From Anaeramoeba ignava BMAN (lineage: Eukaryota; Protista; Anaeramoebae), in NCBI GenBank assembly GCA_028826165.1, contig JAPDFW010000095.1, positions 62,001 to 126,000 on the forward strand: DNA of 64,000 bases, written 5' to 3'. A model generated the notes under the pieces. It searched no databases, was not told the origin of the DNA, and saw nothing but the letters and a program-made list of their open reading frames with translations. Shown here piece after piece: positions 38,241 through 52,065 of this stretch (positions are counted from its first letter, which is position 1; each line of letters begins with the position of its first letter). The position numbers and the translations under genes were made by a program.

Positions 38241-41200
38241 GATTGATTTAAAGATAAATTCTGTTTGAAAAATTTATTCGTAAGTCTTTTTGATTTTTTA
38301 ATATCTTTTGGAGTGAAATTTGTATTTGAATTCAAATATAAAAGTCCTTCAAATCTAATTTTTGTTAAAAGATTTGTAAATTGAATTTTTTCTTGTAAAG
38401 AAGCTTGAATAAACCAAGCTTTAATAATAAGATAAAAAGAATCTTTCCATTTGGGTAAAATTGTTTTCCAAAATTGATCAATTTTCAATTTTTGTTTTTC
38501 AGTTTCTTTTGAATTATAATAATCTTTGATTTGTTGAAAAAATTCTCTATGAGATTTGTTTTTATGATCCGAACTTTCAAGAATCCAATCCCAAATCAAA
38601 AAAAAGGAAGGTTTTGAAGCTAAAAATTTCAGAATAGTTTGTCCACTTGCAATTTCAATAGATTTTTGAACCTCATCAACATCTTTTCCTTTGTGAACTC
38701 TTACTCTGTGTCGAATTTCAAAAAGAATCATAATAATAAGAGTTGAAAATGAAACCCAAATTAACACTACAATAACTGTTGCTAAAATCCCTTTTGCACT
38801 TGTTTCTTCTAAATCATTTGAAACGAAAACCATTCCTGAAAAGAGAATAATTTCGGAAAAGCAAATCAACACAAATTCAAGTGTGTTGTGTCGATCTGAA
38901 ATGAAAGGCTTTGCATGAATTTGTAAAACAAGAGCAAAAAGAAGAACAATAACGCAAATGACTGGCTGAATAACTGAATCAAATGAAAGAAATAATTGAG
39001 CAATAGTCAAAAATAATTTGCGAATCATCACAAATATTTCCCAAAAAAACCATTCTTTTGTGTATCTTGCACATAGCAATCCAAATCTTAAATCAAATGT
39101 TTCTTCATCAAGTTTTTTAGAAGAAACAAAAAAAAGAATCATAAGAATAAAAGGGATTCCAAAAACATAAAGAACCAGAAAAAGTATTGCCCACGGAAGT
39201 ATATCTTTCCACCATTTATCATAACAGAAAAGTGCTGGATCTCCTCCAAATGTATATGTTCCTTCTGATTGCTTTTTGCAATCAAATATTTGGAGAACTT
39301 TGTAAGAAAGAAATAAATACACAAAGGACAGAATTGTTGTGTATGAATTGATCAAATTGTTATGGAGAGATTTCCTCTGTTCTTTGCCAAATCCATGTGT
39401 AAAAAATTGACTAATTTTGAATCTTAACCAGGGAAAGATATAAATGTATTTGTTTGTTGTTTTTCTACTTGGTTTTGAACAAAATCTTGGGAATTTTCTC
39501 ATGAATCCTGCTCCACATTTTTCAACAATTTTGGAATGAATGAAAACAAGAAAATAAACAAACAACAACACAAAGAAAAGAATGAAAGGGAAAACCATGC
39601 AAAGGATCCATTTTTGGGTATAAGTTAAAGGTAAACTGCATTCAACTGCAAGAAAATCAATATTGAAATTGAATATCGAAATTGATCTCCATGTTGATTC
39701 AATCGAACTTGGCCAATTTAATTTAAGTCCTGATATGACTGCAAGAACTTGAAGAAAAGAGAACATAATACTAAAAGACGCGAAATAATTTTTAATTTTT
39801 CTTGCAATAATGAAAAGAAACAAACAAAGGAAAACAATCAAAAAACCAACAAGAATCAATCGATTTTTTTGATTATTAGGGCATTTCATGCATTGCTCTC
39901 CGAATTTGTAAAATCCTTTCAAACAAGCTGCACATAAATTACCACTATATCCAAGTTCACTGTTACATTTATTAGTTCCTCCTCCTGGACATGCCTCTTT
40001 CACTGAGCATTCAAGAAATGTTGCTGGATCTGAATCTGAATGCCAAAATCCTTCTTCTGCAGAAGGGAAAAGAATTCCAACATCATTGCACACAGTTCCT
40101 TTCGGACAAAGTTTGCATACCTCACTTGCAATCCCATAATATCCTACTGAACAAAGACAATCATCAATATCTGATGCTCCATAAACATTTGTTTCTGAAT
40201 TTGCTGGGCATGATTTGCATATTTCTTTTCCCATTTCATCTTGATAAGTATCTCTTCCGCATGCAATACAGAATCTTTGTCCTAATAGATCGTTATATGT
40301 CCCACTAAAACAAGGATAGCAAGTTGCAGATCCTTCTTGTGGATTGAATGTTCCTTTTGGACAATATTCACATTTTGTTGGATTATCACTGAAGTTTCCA
40401 GTTCCACAAAGTTGGCAACCTGTAGAACGATTGTCAGTATTGTATTGGCCTGGTGAGCATTCTTCGCAATTAGCTGAGCCATTTTTGGATGAAAATGTTC
40501 CTGGCAAACATTCAAAACATTCTGTTTGTTCTTGAGCTGATTGATAATATCCTAAACCGCAAGGTGTGCATTCTGCTTGCGCTGTATCGTTTGCAACATA
40601 TCCTGGTTTGCAAGGAATACAAGAAAATGCACCGTATTCATTATTATATGTTCCATTAGCGCAATCAATACATTTTTGATCAAAACCTCTACTATATTGT
40701 CCTTTCGGACATCCTTTTACTTTTGCTTTTATCCAATTCCCATCTTGTGAAAATTCAATATATTGTTCATCTTGTGATTGAAGTTTTTCTACATTAAATG
40801 GATAGAATGCAATTAAATAAATTGCATTATATGGATAATATCTTGGACTTCCTTCTGATTCTGGAAGTAAATCAAACCATATTTGTCCATCTATTTCCAG
40901 TACTTGATCAATTGACAAATAACTCAAATCATTTTTCAATTTGAAAGTAATATTTGTATTCGAACTTAAATTAAAATCCCCTGATAATATAATTCCTTCT
41001 TGAATTATGAAACTTCCATTAAAAGTTACTGTTTTAAAATTTACAACATTAATCGTTGAATTAGTTAAATATGTTATTGCAGAAATATTATTTTTAACAT
41101 TAGTATTATCCAAAATGGATGCTGCTGCAACGTTTAAAGTGGAATTATTTAATTCAAAATGTTCATGACTGTATAAACTGTGCAATATGATTTGAGAGTC

Positions 41201-44200
41201 ATATGCTGAAAAATTTCCATAATTATAATAATTAGTGGAACCTAAAGAAAAAATTGATGATTCAATAAGAAAAACTCCTTGATTATCAAATTCTATAAAC
41301 GCAGTATCATGAATCAATGAAACTGAATTATCATATTCTAAAATGCCAAATATTGGAGGAATTTGGAAAACTGAATCAAAGAAAGAAATTTTAGTGCCAT
41401 TTTCAGTATTAAAACTATTTCCTTCCAAGGTTGAATTTGAAATGGTTATGAAATATTCAGAATCAAAAAAATTTATTTGTCCAGATACAATAATATGAAC
41501 AAAATCAATTTGAACTTCATCATAAATATTCAAATCTGCTGCAATATTAATTTGTTGCTGGAAACTTCCCATTCCTTTAATTTTTGCTGATTTACTTAAA
41601 TTTAATCCTTTTTGAAAAGTTACATTATTGTATACTTCAATAATTCCTGAAGAAGATACTTCTTGATCGAAAAAAGTAACAAGAGGAGAATTAACATTTA
41701 TATTCCCTCGATTATCAACAGAAAAATTAAAATAAACTTGAGTAGGTGATCCAACAAAAAATTTTTCTTCTTCTTCTTTGTTTTCATTGCTTAAGGTTGT
41801 ATAATTTGGATTTATTATCATATTTCCTTCATTCACAATTTCTGATAAATAATCGATGTTTGTGAGACTATATGTTTTGATTATCAAATTAGATGTATTT
41901 TTGATATCGAATTTAATATTATTGAAAATAGCACCTCCATTGATTTCAACAATTCCTGATGATGAAATTAATGATTGGTCAGTTCGGTTTTCGTTAACAA
42001 AAGATTCTGGTGTGCCATCTCCAAAAATTAATTTTGAATAACTGAAATTTGTTGTAATTTTTGTGAAATTGAGTTTTCCTTTGATCAAATTGAGATAATT
42101 AAGAAAAATATCAGTTTCTAAATGAGCTTCTGCACTGGAATCATGAATTTCTAATCTTCCAATACTACCATAATAATAATTATATATTCGTAAAATAGAT
42201 CCATAAAGTGAAATTCCCCCGCTCAAATCACTTATTACATCTCCATTAATTTCCAAATCAACATTTTGTAATTCAAGTGTTGATCCATATATAACAGAAA
42301 AATTTAAATTATCTTGTCCTTGATTATTAGTGAAATCCAAAAATGTATGATTTATTGAAAAAATTGTGAGATTTGAATTTGAATTTAGATCTAATCCTGA
42401 ATAAGATCCGAAAAAAATATTTGATGAATTTAGATTAAGGGTTGATTGGATATTTTCTTTTGCTTGAATTTTCCCATATTCTATTGTTATATACGAATTA
42501 CTGAAATAATTAGTGCCTTCAATTAAAACATTTTGTAAAATTGAATTAAACCCAGTTATGTTTGAACTTCTTATTTTGAGTGAAGGAAGATTGGGTTGGA
42601 TGTTAGAAAAAGTCAAATTTACTTGATTAAGAGTCAATGGATATTCATTTTCTGAATTACAATTTAAAATCATAAAAGGATCAGCAAGTTCTGAATTTTC
42701 AATCTTTAAAAATCCATTTAATATGATGTTTGTATTCTTAAAGATACTTGTGTTTAGATATGAAAGTACCAAATTTCCAGTTTCGTTGATTTGAATAATT
42801 TCTCCTTCTAATACTGAGCTAATACTCAAATTTCCTCCAACACTTAATTGTTGTATCGAAAATATTCCATTTCCATAAATTTGATAATTTGAACCATCTT
42901 CAAAGTTTGTAATTGGTGAATTTAAAGAAGAGTTTTGAAAATAAAGTGATCCTATTCCATTAAATGTTGTGAATGGTGATGAAATATTGATATAATTGAT
43001 TGATGAGAAGTTTGAATCAAATCTCGTTCTATTTTCAACAAATAAAAGAATACTATTATTTGCTGAAATTGAACCTCCATTGATTGAGATGATTGGAATT
43101 GTATAATTTGTGTTTGGTTGGTTAGAATATAATTCCAGATTGGCATTAAAATTTTCCAAACTAATATTAGGAAGATGAACTAAATTCAGATAAGTGTTGA
43201 TAGAAAAATTATTGTATAATTTAATGTAGTTATCAAATTCAGAATAAGTATCGGAATTTCCCAAACTCAAGATTTGTAAAGAAGAATTAATTATTTTGAC
43301 TCCTGTTTCATTGAAAAAAAGATTATTTGTAATTTGGAGAGTTCCTAAACCATTTAATGAAGTTACTCCAATAAAGTCAAGTCTTTTGATTGTAAGATTT
43401 TGATTGATTTCTAAATTTGAATTGTTAAGTATCAAAGATAATCCGCTTGTTTCAAAAGAACAATTTGAAGAAAGAATAAAACAATCTTTTTGGATTTTAA
43501 TTTGAGTTTCATCCGTTGTAAAATTTGTACCAGTAAAAATAAGAGAAGAATCAATAATTTGAGAATTTAAAGGATATCCATGAAAATCGAGGGAAGTGTT
43601 CACATTTAAAACATCACCTGTAATTGAAGAATTTCCCCAAATCGATAAAGTAGAAGTAGTTAAATTTGATATTTCAATTGAAGAATTTTTCAAAGTCAAA
43701 TATCGAAGTTCTACCTCAGTAGTGTTAAATGTTAAATTTATGTTTTCGATCCAAAATTCTGCTGGGTTACAGTTAATTAAATTAATTGGAATCCGATTAA
43801 TTGAGAAAAAAAAATTTCCTTCACATCCATTCATTGTTAGAGATGCTCCTGATTTATCTAGTGCATCAAAAAAAAATTTTTGCATATAAACGGGATTTTC
43901 ATCAATCAAAGACTCAACCAAAAAATTTGAATTAGTGGAAAAGATAAAAGAACCTTGATCAGAAAGTTCAGTTATATTACAATTCAATAATTCAACATAT
44001 GAATCTGTCACTAGCATGTGAGATGTTAAACCAAAAGAGATACTATCAAAAATGAAACTACTTCCTACTCGAATTATCATTTGAGGTCTGAAAGTAAAAT
44101 TAGTTCCACAATTTGATCCATTGAAAACAATATTTGTACAATTTTCAAACTATTTCAAAACAAAACAAAACAAATTTAAATTTAATATAAAAAAGGAATG

Positions 44201-44520
44201 AATCTTTTTTTTTTGTTAGAATTATTAATTACAGTAACATCCCCATAAATTGATGTTGATTCGTTAAGTTCTTCAAGACAAAAAATTGTTATCTATTAAA
44301 CCAGAAAAGGAAATTAAAAAACAAACTAAATAAAAAACAATTTAAAATTTTTTGGATAGTTTTTTGTTACATCTGAAAAATTAGAAACAGTGTTGTTGAT
44401 GTAATAACTTTCATTTGGTTGAAGATAATAATTTTTTCCGCTGTATAATTCCGACATATTAGTAGGAAAGGGATCAAAATCACAACAAATCATTTCTAAA
44501 AAAAAAATAACAGAAATCAA
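38225..44520 (-). CDS. Large surface membrane protein: Asn/Ser/Ile-rich beta-helix-like ectodomain, GCC2/GCC3 (ephrin-receptor-like) Cys repeats, multi-TM C-terminus; two 5' GT-AG introns; start uncertain
   Basis: 1951-aa ORF with CxxCxxGxY repeats, many hydrophobic segments and the RFGLLCARY...FFWEIFVMIRKL motif. Short 5' exons at ~44370-44520 and ~44233-44293. Confidence 0.8.
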
Positions 44521-44718
44521 AAAAAAAAAATTTTTTTTTTAATTTGAAAAGGCAAATATTTAATAAATTTTTTTTTTTGAGTGTTTTTTTTTTTTGTATT
44601 GATTACTAAAATTTAAAATGAGAATAAAAAAAGAAATTGAAATGAAAGTGGCAAAAGAGTTCATAAATCTTTGTAAAAAAAAATGAAAAGAAAAAAAATG
44701 AAAAAAAAAGTTTTGGGA

Positions 44719-46509
44719 TTATTTTTTTCTTTTTTGGTTATTAAATTTCTTAATTAATAAATCAAATAAATTTGGATTTGTTTGATTTAATTGAAAATAA
44801 TCAATTCCAATTTGAATTTCATTAATCATTTCTTTTGTAATTTGAATTCCATCTTTAATTTGATTTGAATAAATCCAATATTCTAATATTTGAAATGATT
44901 TATTACTTAATTCACTATAATCTGTAACTTTATTTGAAGTATCATTTGTTACAGATAAAAACATTCCTCGATATAATTCACTTCTCATTATTAATATTAA
45001 TTTAGGAAATTTATATTGTTTTTCTTTTCTTTCAATTATAAAATCTTTTTCATTTTCATTTTCATTTTCATTTAAATAAATTTTTTTCATTGTTTCTTCA
45101 ATTTTTTCATTTGAATTTATAATTTCTTTAATTTCATAATATAATTTTGGATTTGTATCTTTATTTGAATAAATCATTTCAAATATTTGATTTGATTCTT
45201 TAATTGATTTATTTTGAAATAATTTCTTGAAGTTTTTCAATTTGATTTTTTCATCTTTTAATCTATATTTCAATATTAATTTATGAGCTTCAATTATTTC
45301 TCCATTTTCGGTTTTAAATGAAATATTGCAAAATTCTTTTCTTCTAAATAATTTTATCAAATCTTCTTCAAGATTGGAAAAATAAGGAGGAGAATAATAA
45401 AGAAATGAATTCCGAAATCCACAAGAAATATGATAATTGGAAATATCTTCATTAAATCTTAATTTAGGAAGTTCAATTTGAATTGGTTTTGTTTGATATT
45501 TTATATCTCCAGTTCCTAATTGACCAAAATCATTATCTCCAAATCCAATCATCTTTTTCTTGGAAGTTAAAATCAAAGTATGAGAATAACCAACAGAAAA
45601 ATCAATAATATTATCATTTTCAAATAAAGATTTTTTGATTTCAGTAAATTCATAAGTATCTTCATTTTTGCCAAGTCCATTAAATTTATGATCTCCACAT
45701 GAATAAAGTTTTCTTTTTTGTTTGTTTTTCCTTTTTTGATTTTCATTTTCAATCAACATTATTGAAAAAGATTCTCCAGATTGAATATCAATTATTTTGC
45801 CTTTTGGAATATTTTGGATTTTGGTTAATTTTTTGATTTGCCAATCTTTTCTTGATTCTCCTAATCCAAGTTGACCGTATTGATTATAACCGCATCCAAA
45901 TAATTCTTGATTTGAATTTAAAAGAAAAACATGATTTGAAGTATTTCCTGAAAATATTTTAGAAACATTTTTCATCATTAAAATTGGTTTTTCTGCTATT
46001 TCAAGTGTTTCAGAATCAAAACCAAGTTGACCAGATTGATTAAAGCCAATTCCATAAACATTATGATTTGAAGTTAATAAGTAAATTGAATAAGCACCAC
46101 AAACAATATCTTCAATTATTCTATCATTTTTATCTTCAATTAATGATGAAATATTGATAAATTCTTTTTTATTATTTGGATTTATATCTTCTCCTTTTGC
46201 AAATACATTTCCTTCTATTGTTAAAATAGCTTCATTTTCAATATCAACAGTTACTTTTTGAATATTTTCAATTTGGATTTTTTGAGGATTTTGTTTTGAA
46301 TCATTCCCTTTTAAATATTTAATTACTTCTCCATTTTCGAAAAGGAACACTGCTGAAAATCCTGATGATGAAATTTGTTTAATTTGTTTTTCATTTTCAT
46401 TTTCATTTTCAAATTTAATTTGAATTGGTTTTGTTATTTTTCTTGATTCGGTTTTTAAAAGAATTGGTAATTGATTTAAACCAAAAAATAAACTTTCATT
46501 CATTTTCAA
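44719..46509 (-). CDS. RCC1-BTB protein, copy D
   Basis: Colinear paralogue, 596-aa ORF. Confidence 0.85.
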   Translation of the reverse strand: MKMNESLFFGLNQLPILLKTESRKITKPIQIKFENENENEKQIKQISSSGFSAVFLFENGEVIKYLKGNDSKQNPQKIQIENIQKVTVDIENEAILTIEGNVFAKGEDINPNNKKEFINISSLIEDKNDRIIEDIVCGAYSIYLLTSNHNVYGIGFNQSGQLGFDSETLEIAEKPILMMKNVSKIFSGNTSNHVFLLNSNQELFGCGYNQYGQLGLGESRKDWQIKKLTKIQNIPKGKIIDIQSGESFSIMLIENENQKRKNKQKRKLYSCGDHKFNGLGKNEDTYEFTEIKKSLFENDNIIDFSVGYSHTLILTSKKKMIGFGDNDFGQLGTGDIKYQTKPIQIELPKLRFNEDISNYHISCGFRNSFLYYSPPYFSNLEEDLIKLFRRKEFCNISFKTENGEIIEAHKLILKYRLKDEKIKLKNFKKLFQNKSIKESNQIFEMIYSNKDTNPKLYYEIKEIINSNEKIEETMKKIYLNENENENEKDFIIERKEKQYKFPKLILIMRSELYRGMFLSVTNDTSNKVTDYSELSNKSFQILEYWIYSNQIKDGIQITKEMINEIQIGIDYFQLNQTNPNLFDLLIKKFNNQKRKK

Positions 46510-46606
46510 AAAGAAAAAAAAATGAAAAAAATGAAAATGAAAAGAAAAAATAATGAAAAAATGAAAAAACGTGTTTTTAATTTTATTTTTAATTTTAATT
46601 TTAATT

Positions 46607-48382
46607 TTAATTTTTTCTTTTTTGATTTTTAAATTTGTTAATTAATAAATCAAATAAATTTGGATTTGTTTGATTTAATTGAAAATAATCAATTCCTCTT
46701 TCTAATTCTTCAATTATTTCTTGTGTAATTTGAATTCCATCTTTAATTTGATTTGAATAAATCCAATATTCAAATATTTGAAATGATTTATTACTTAATT
46801 CACTATAATCTGTAACTTTATTTGATTTATCTTCTGTTACAGATAAAAACATTCCTCGATATAATTCACTTCTCATTATTAATATTAATTTAGGAAATTT
46901 ATATTGTTTTTCTTTTCTTTCAATTATAAAATCTTTTTCATTTTCATTTAAATAAATTCTTTTCATTGTTTCTTCAATTTTTTCATTTGAATTTATAATT
47001 TCTTTAATTTCAAAATATAATTTTGGATTTATTATTCTGTTTGAATAAATCATTTCAAATATTTGATTTGATTCTTTAATTGATTTTTTTGAAATAATTT
47101 CTTGAAGTTTTTCAATTTCATTTTGATTTTGATTTAATCTATATTTCAATATTAATTTATGAGCTTTAATTATTTCTCCATTTTCTGTTTTAAATGAAAT
47201 ATCACAAAATTCTTTTCTTCTAAATAATTTTATCAAATCTTCTTCAAGATTAGAAAAAGAAGAAAGAAAAGGAGAATAATAAAGAAATGAATTATAAAAA
47301 TCACCACAAAGAACATGATAATTGGGAATTTCTTCATTAAATCTTAATTCAGGAAGTTCAATTTGAATTGGAATTAATTTATCTTTTGTATCTCCAGTTC
47401 CTAATTGACCATAAGCATTATATCCAAATGTAATCAATTTTCCTTTGGAAGTTAAAATCAAATTATGTTTATATCCAACAGAAATTTCAAGAATATCATC
47501 ATTTTCAAATAAAGATGATTTGATTTCACTAAATTCATAAGTATCGTTATTTTGGCCAAGTCCATTCCAATGAAGATCTCCACATGAATAAAGTTTTCTT
47601 TTTGGATTTTGATTTTCATTTTCAATCAACATTATTGAATGATAATTTGCAATTTGAATATCAATTATTTTGCCTTTTGGAATATTTTGGATTTTGGTTA
47701 ATTCTTCAATCTTTTTTTCAATTTTTAATTCTCCTAATCCAAGTCTACCTTTTAGATTACCACCACATCCAAATAATTCTTGATTTGAATTTAAAAGAAA
47801 AACTGAAGTTGAACAATTTCCTGAAAATATTTTAGAAACATTTTTCATCATTAAAATTGGTTTTTCTGTTTTTTCAAGTGTTATATAATTAGAACCAAGT
47901 TGACCATAATAATTTGAACCAATTCCATAAACATTATGATTTGAAGTTAATAAGTAAATTGAATTAGCTCCAGAAACAATATCTTGAATTATTCTATCAT
48001 TTGTATCTTCAATTAATGATGAAATATTGATAAATTCATTTAGATTTTTTGGATTTATATCTTTTCCTTTTGCAAATACATTTCCTTCTATTGTTAAAAT
48101 AGCTTCATTTCGAACACCAACAGTTACTTTTTGAATATTTTCTTCAATTTGGATTTTTGAAGGATTTTGATTTGAATCATTTTCATTTAAATATTCTATT
48201 GCTTTTCCATTTTCAAAAAGGAAAATTGTTGCAAAATGACCTGATGAAATTTGTTTAATTTGTTTTTCATTTTCATTTTCATTTTCAAATTTAAATTGAA
48301 TTGGTTTTATTATTATTTCATTTGGTTTATTTTTTATAAGTTTTGGATTTTTATTTCAAACCAAAAATAAAATTTCATTCAT
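46607..48382 (-). CDS. RCC1-BTB protein, copy E (frameshift near the 5' end)
   Basis: ATGAATGAAATT at 48382, colinear with other copies. Long stretches identical to copy F. Confidence 0.78.
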
Positions 48383-48448
48383 TTTTGAAAAGAAAAAAAT
48401 GAAAAATTAATTTTAATTTTAATTTTAATTTTAATTTTAATTTTAATT

Positions 48449-50263
48449 TTAATTTTGATTTTTAAATTTGATAATTAATAAATCAAATAAATTTGGATTT
48501 GTTTGATTTAATTGAAAATAATCAATTCCAATTTCAATTTCATTAATTATTTCTTGTGTAATTTGAATTCCTTCTTTAATTTGATTTGAATAAATCCAAT
48601 ATTCAAATATTTGAAATGATTTATTACTTAATTCACTATAATCTGTAACTTTATTTGATTTATCTTCAGTTACAGATAAAAACATTCCTCGATATAATTC
48701 ACTTCTCATTATTAATATTAATTTAGGAAATTTATATTGTTTTTCTTTTCTTTCAATTATAAAATCTTTTTCATTTTCATTTAAATAAATTTTTTTAATT
48801 GTTTCTTCTATTTTTTCATTGGAATTTATAATTTCTTTAATTTCAGAATATAATTTTGGATTTATTATTCTGTTTGAATAAATCATTTCAAATATTTGAT
48901 TTGATTCTTTAATTGATTTTTTTGAAATAATTTCTTGAAGTTTTTCAATTTGATTTTCATTTTGATTTAATCTATATTTTAATATTAATTTATGAGCTTC
49001 AATTATTTCTCCATTTTCGGTTTTAAATGAGATATTGCAAAATTCTTTTCTTCTAAATAATTTTATCAAATCTTCTTCAAGATTAGAAAAAGGAGAAAGA
49101 AAAGGAGAATAATAAAGAAATGAATTATAAAAATCACCACAAAGAACATGATAATTGGAAATTTCTTCATTAAATCTTAATTTAGGAAGTTTAATTTGAA
49201 TTGGAATTAATTTATCTTTTATATCTCCAGTTCCTAATTGACCATAAGCATTATATCCAAATGTAATCAATTTTCCTTTGGAAGTTAAAATCAAATTATG
49301 TTTATATCCAACAGAAATTTCAAGAATATTATCATCATTTTCAAATAAAGATGATTTGATTTCAGTAAATTCATAAGTATTTTCATCTTTGCCAAGTCCA
49401 TTCCAATGAAGATCTCCACATGAATAAAGTTTTCTTTTTGGATTTTCATTTTCATTTTCATTTTCAATCAACATTATTGAATGATAATTTGCAATTTGAA
49501 TATCAATTATTTTGCCTTTTGGAATATTTTGGATTTTGGTTAATTCTTCAATCTTTTTTTCAATTTTTAATTCTCCTAATCCAAGTCTACCTTTTAGATT
49601 ACCACCACATCCAAATAATTCTTGATTTGAATTTAAAAGAAAAACTGAAGTTGAACAATTTCCTGAAAATATTTTAGAAACATTTTTCATCATTAAAATT
49701 GGTTCTTCTGTTTTTTCAAGTGTTATATAATCAAAACCAAGTTGACCATAATAATTTGAACCAATTCCATAAACATTATGATTTGAAGTTAATAAGTAAA
49801 TTGAATTAGCTCCAGAAACAATATCTTGAATTATTCTATCATTTGTATCTTCAATTAATGATGAAATATTGATAAATTCATTTAGATTATTTGGATTAAT
49901 ATCTCTTCCTTTTGCAAATACATTTCCTTCTATTGTTAAAATAGCTTCATTTCCCCAACCAACAGTTACTTTTTGAATATTTTCAATTTGGATTTTTGAA
50001 GGATTTTGATTTGAATCATTTCTATTTGAATATTCTATTGCTTTTCCATTTTTAAAAAGGAAAATTGTTGCAAATTGACTTGATGAAATTTGTTTAATTT
50101 GTTTTTCATTTTCATTTTCATTTTCATTTTCATTTTCATTTTCATTTTCATTTTCATTTTCATTTTCAAATTTAAATTGAATTGGTTTTGTTATTATTTC
50201 ATTTGGTTCATTTTTTATAAGTTTTGGATCTTGATTTCTTCCAAAAAATAAAATTTCATTCAT
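48449..50263 (-). CDS. RCC1-BTB protein, copy F
   Basis: Intact 604-aa paralogue. Confidence 0.85.
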   Translation of the reverse strand: MNEILFFGRNQDPKLIKNEPNEIITKPIQFKFENENENENENENENENENENEKQIKQISSSQFATIFLFKNGKAIEYSNRNDSNQNPSKIQIENIQKVTVGWGNEAILTIEGNVFAKGRDINPNNLNEFINISSLIEDTNDRIIQDIVSGANSIYLLTSNHNVYGIGSNYYGQLGFDYITLEKTEEPILMMKNVSKIFSGNCSTSVFLLNSNQELFGCGGNLKGRLGLGELKIEKKIEELTKIQNIPKGKIIDIQIANYHSIMLIENENENENPKRKLYSCGDLHWNGLGKDENTYEFTEIKSSLFENDDNILEISVGYKHNLILTSKGKLITFGYNAYGQLGTGDIKDKLIPIQIKLPKLRFNEEISNYHVLCGDFYNSFLYYSPFLSPFSNLEEDLIKLFRRKEFCNISFKTENGEIIEAHKLILKYRLNQNENQIEKLQEIISKKSIKESNQIFEMIYSNRIINPKLYSEIKEIINSNEKIEETIKKIYLNENEKDFIIERKEKQYKFPKLILIMRSELYRGMFLSVTEDKSNKVTDYSELSNKSFQIFEYWIYSNQIKEGIQITQEIINEIEIGIDYFQLNQTNPNLFDLLIIKFKNQN

Positions 50264-50329
50264 TTTTGGAAAAGAAAAAAATGAATTTTCATTTTTTCAT
50301 TTTTTCATTTTTTTATTTTCTAAAATAAA

Positions 50330-51975
50330 ATGGTTTCTCAAATAGTTATTATTTTAGATTTAGTTGGAGCTTTTCTTGGAATTTTTGGTTCACTTTCTTT
50401 TATTCTTTCTTTTATTCTTTTAAAAGAAATTAGAACACAATCTCGAATATTTATTTTGACTCTTTCAATATATAATTTCCTAATTGGGGTTTTTGCACTT
50501 TTGCCTGGATATAAAAACCAAACAATTTGCAAAATTCAATGTTTCCTTTTGGATTCCACTTTTCCAGCTGCTTGTTTTTGGATTTTTCAAATTTCTTTTG
50601 CTTATTATTTGCAAATTTGTAGAGGTTTTGATATGGAAAATTCTAAATTATTTTTTTGGATTTCATTTGTTACTATTCAATTAATTTGTTTTTTTTTGGG
50701 TGCTTTATCTTTATCAATTGGAACAATTTTTCATGGAAGAAGTTATTGGTAAAATAATATAAATAATTTAAATCAAATATTCAAATAATTAAATCAAATA
50801 TTTAAAATAATTTAAAATCAAATATTCAAAATAATTAAATCAAATATTCAAATAATTAAATCAAATATTCAAATAATTTAAATCAATTATTAAATTAAAT
50901 ATTTAAATCAAATATTCAAATAATTAAATATTTAAATCAAATATTCAAATAATTAAATAATTAAATATTTAAATCAAATATTCAAAAATTAATTAAATAT
51001 TTAAATCAAATATTCAAATAATTAAATATTTAAATCAAATATTCAAATAATTAAATATTTAAATCAAATATTCAAATATTCAAATAATTAAATCAAATAT
51101 TTAAATAATTAAATCAAATATTTAAAATAAATTAAATTCAAATATTTAAAATAATTTAAATTCAAATATTTAAAATCAAATATTCAAATATTCAAATAAT
51201 TTAAATCAATTATTAAATCATTTAAATCAAATATTTAAAATAAATCAAAATCAAATATTTAAATATTCAAAATAATTAAATCAAATATTCAAATATTCAA
51301 AATAATTTAAATCAAATATTTAAATTTAAAAAATAATTTTAAAATTCAAATATTTAAATATTTAAATCAAATATTCAAATAATTAAATAATTAAATCAAA
51401 TATTCAAATAATTAAATCAAATATTTAAATATTCAAATAATTTAAATCAATTATTAAATCAAATATTTAAATAATTAAAATCAAATATTTAAAATCAAAT
51501 ATTCAAATATTCAAATAATTTAAATCAATTATTAAATCAAATAATTTAAATCAAATAATTAAATAAAATAATTTAAAATAATTTAAAATGTTATAGGTGT
51601 TTTCTTTCAAATCGTAAACTTCACTCAATTCATTATGCCCTTATTTGGGTTTTTTTAGCTGCAACACCAATATTTTACACATTAGTAATTTGTAAAATAA
51701 GAAAGAAGGAAACAAATTATCCAAAATCATTTCAGATCAAAATGTTTTTTCTTGCTTTTGTTTATGTTTTCACAGAATTTTGGTTAACAATCAATAGAGC
51801 AACTCAAGATCAAGAAGAAAATAAACATGAAGAATCCTTTTTAGATTCAGCTCAAGCTTTTTTTTCTCCTCTTCTTGGTTTTTGGGATTTTGTTTTTTTT
51901 GTTTGGGGTGATAATTTTGTTTGGGCTCTTATTGTTTCTCAATGTTGTGGACATAAGTATACCCCTTTCAAATGA
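50330..51975 (+). CDS. 7-TM GPCR, cAMP-receptor-like (Dictyostelium cAR/Crl, GCR1 type); intron 50749-51596
   Basis: GSLSFILSF in TM1, CKIQ before TM3, a spliced SYW|CF extracellular-loop motif and QAFFSPLLGFWDFVFF in TM7. Confidence 0.75.
50755..51588 (+). repeat. Intronic degenerate ~20-bp repeat AAATCAAATATTCAAATAATT
   Basis: Direct reading. Confidence 0.85.
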
Positions 51976-52065
51976 AATTTAGTTTATTTGTGTTTTCATG
52001 ACTTAAATGTTATGAAAGATCAAATTTTTGGAATTTCAATTTCAATTTTAATTTCAATTTTAATT

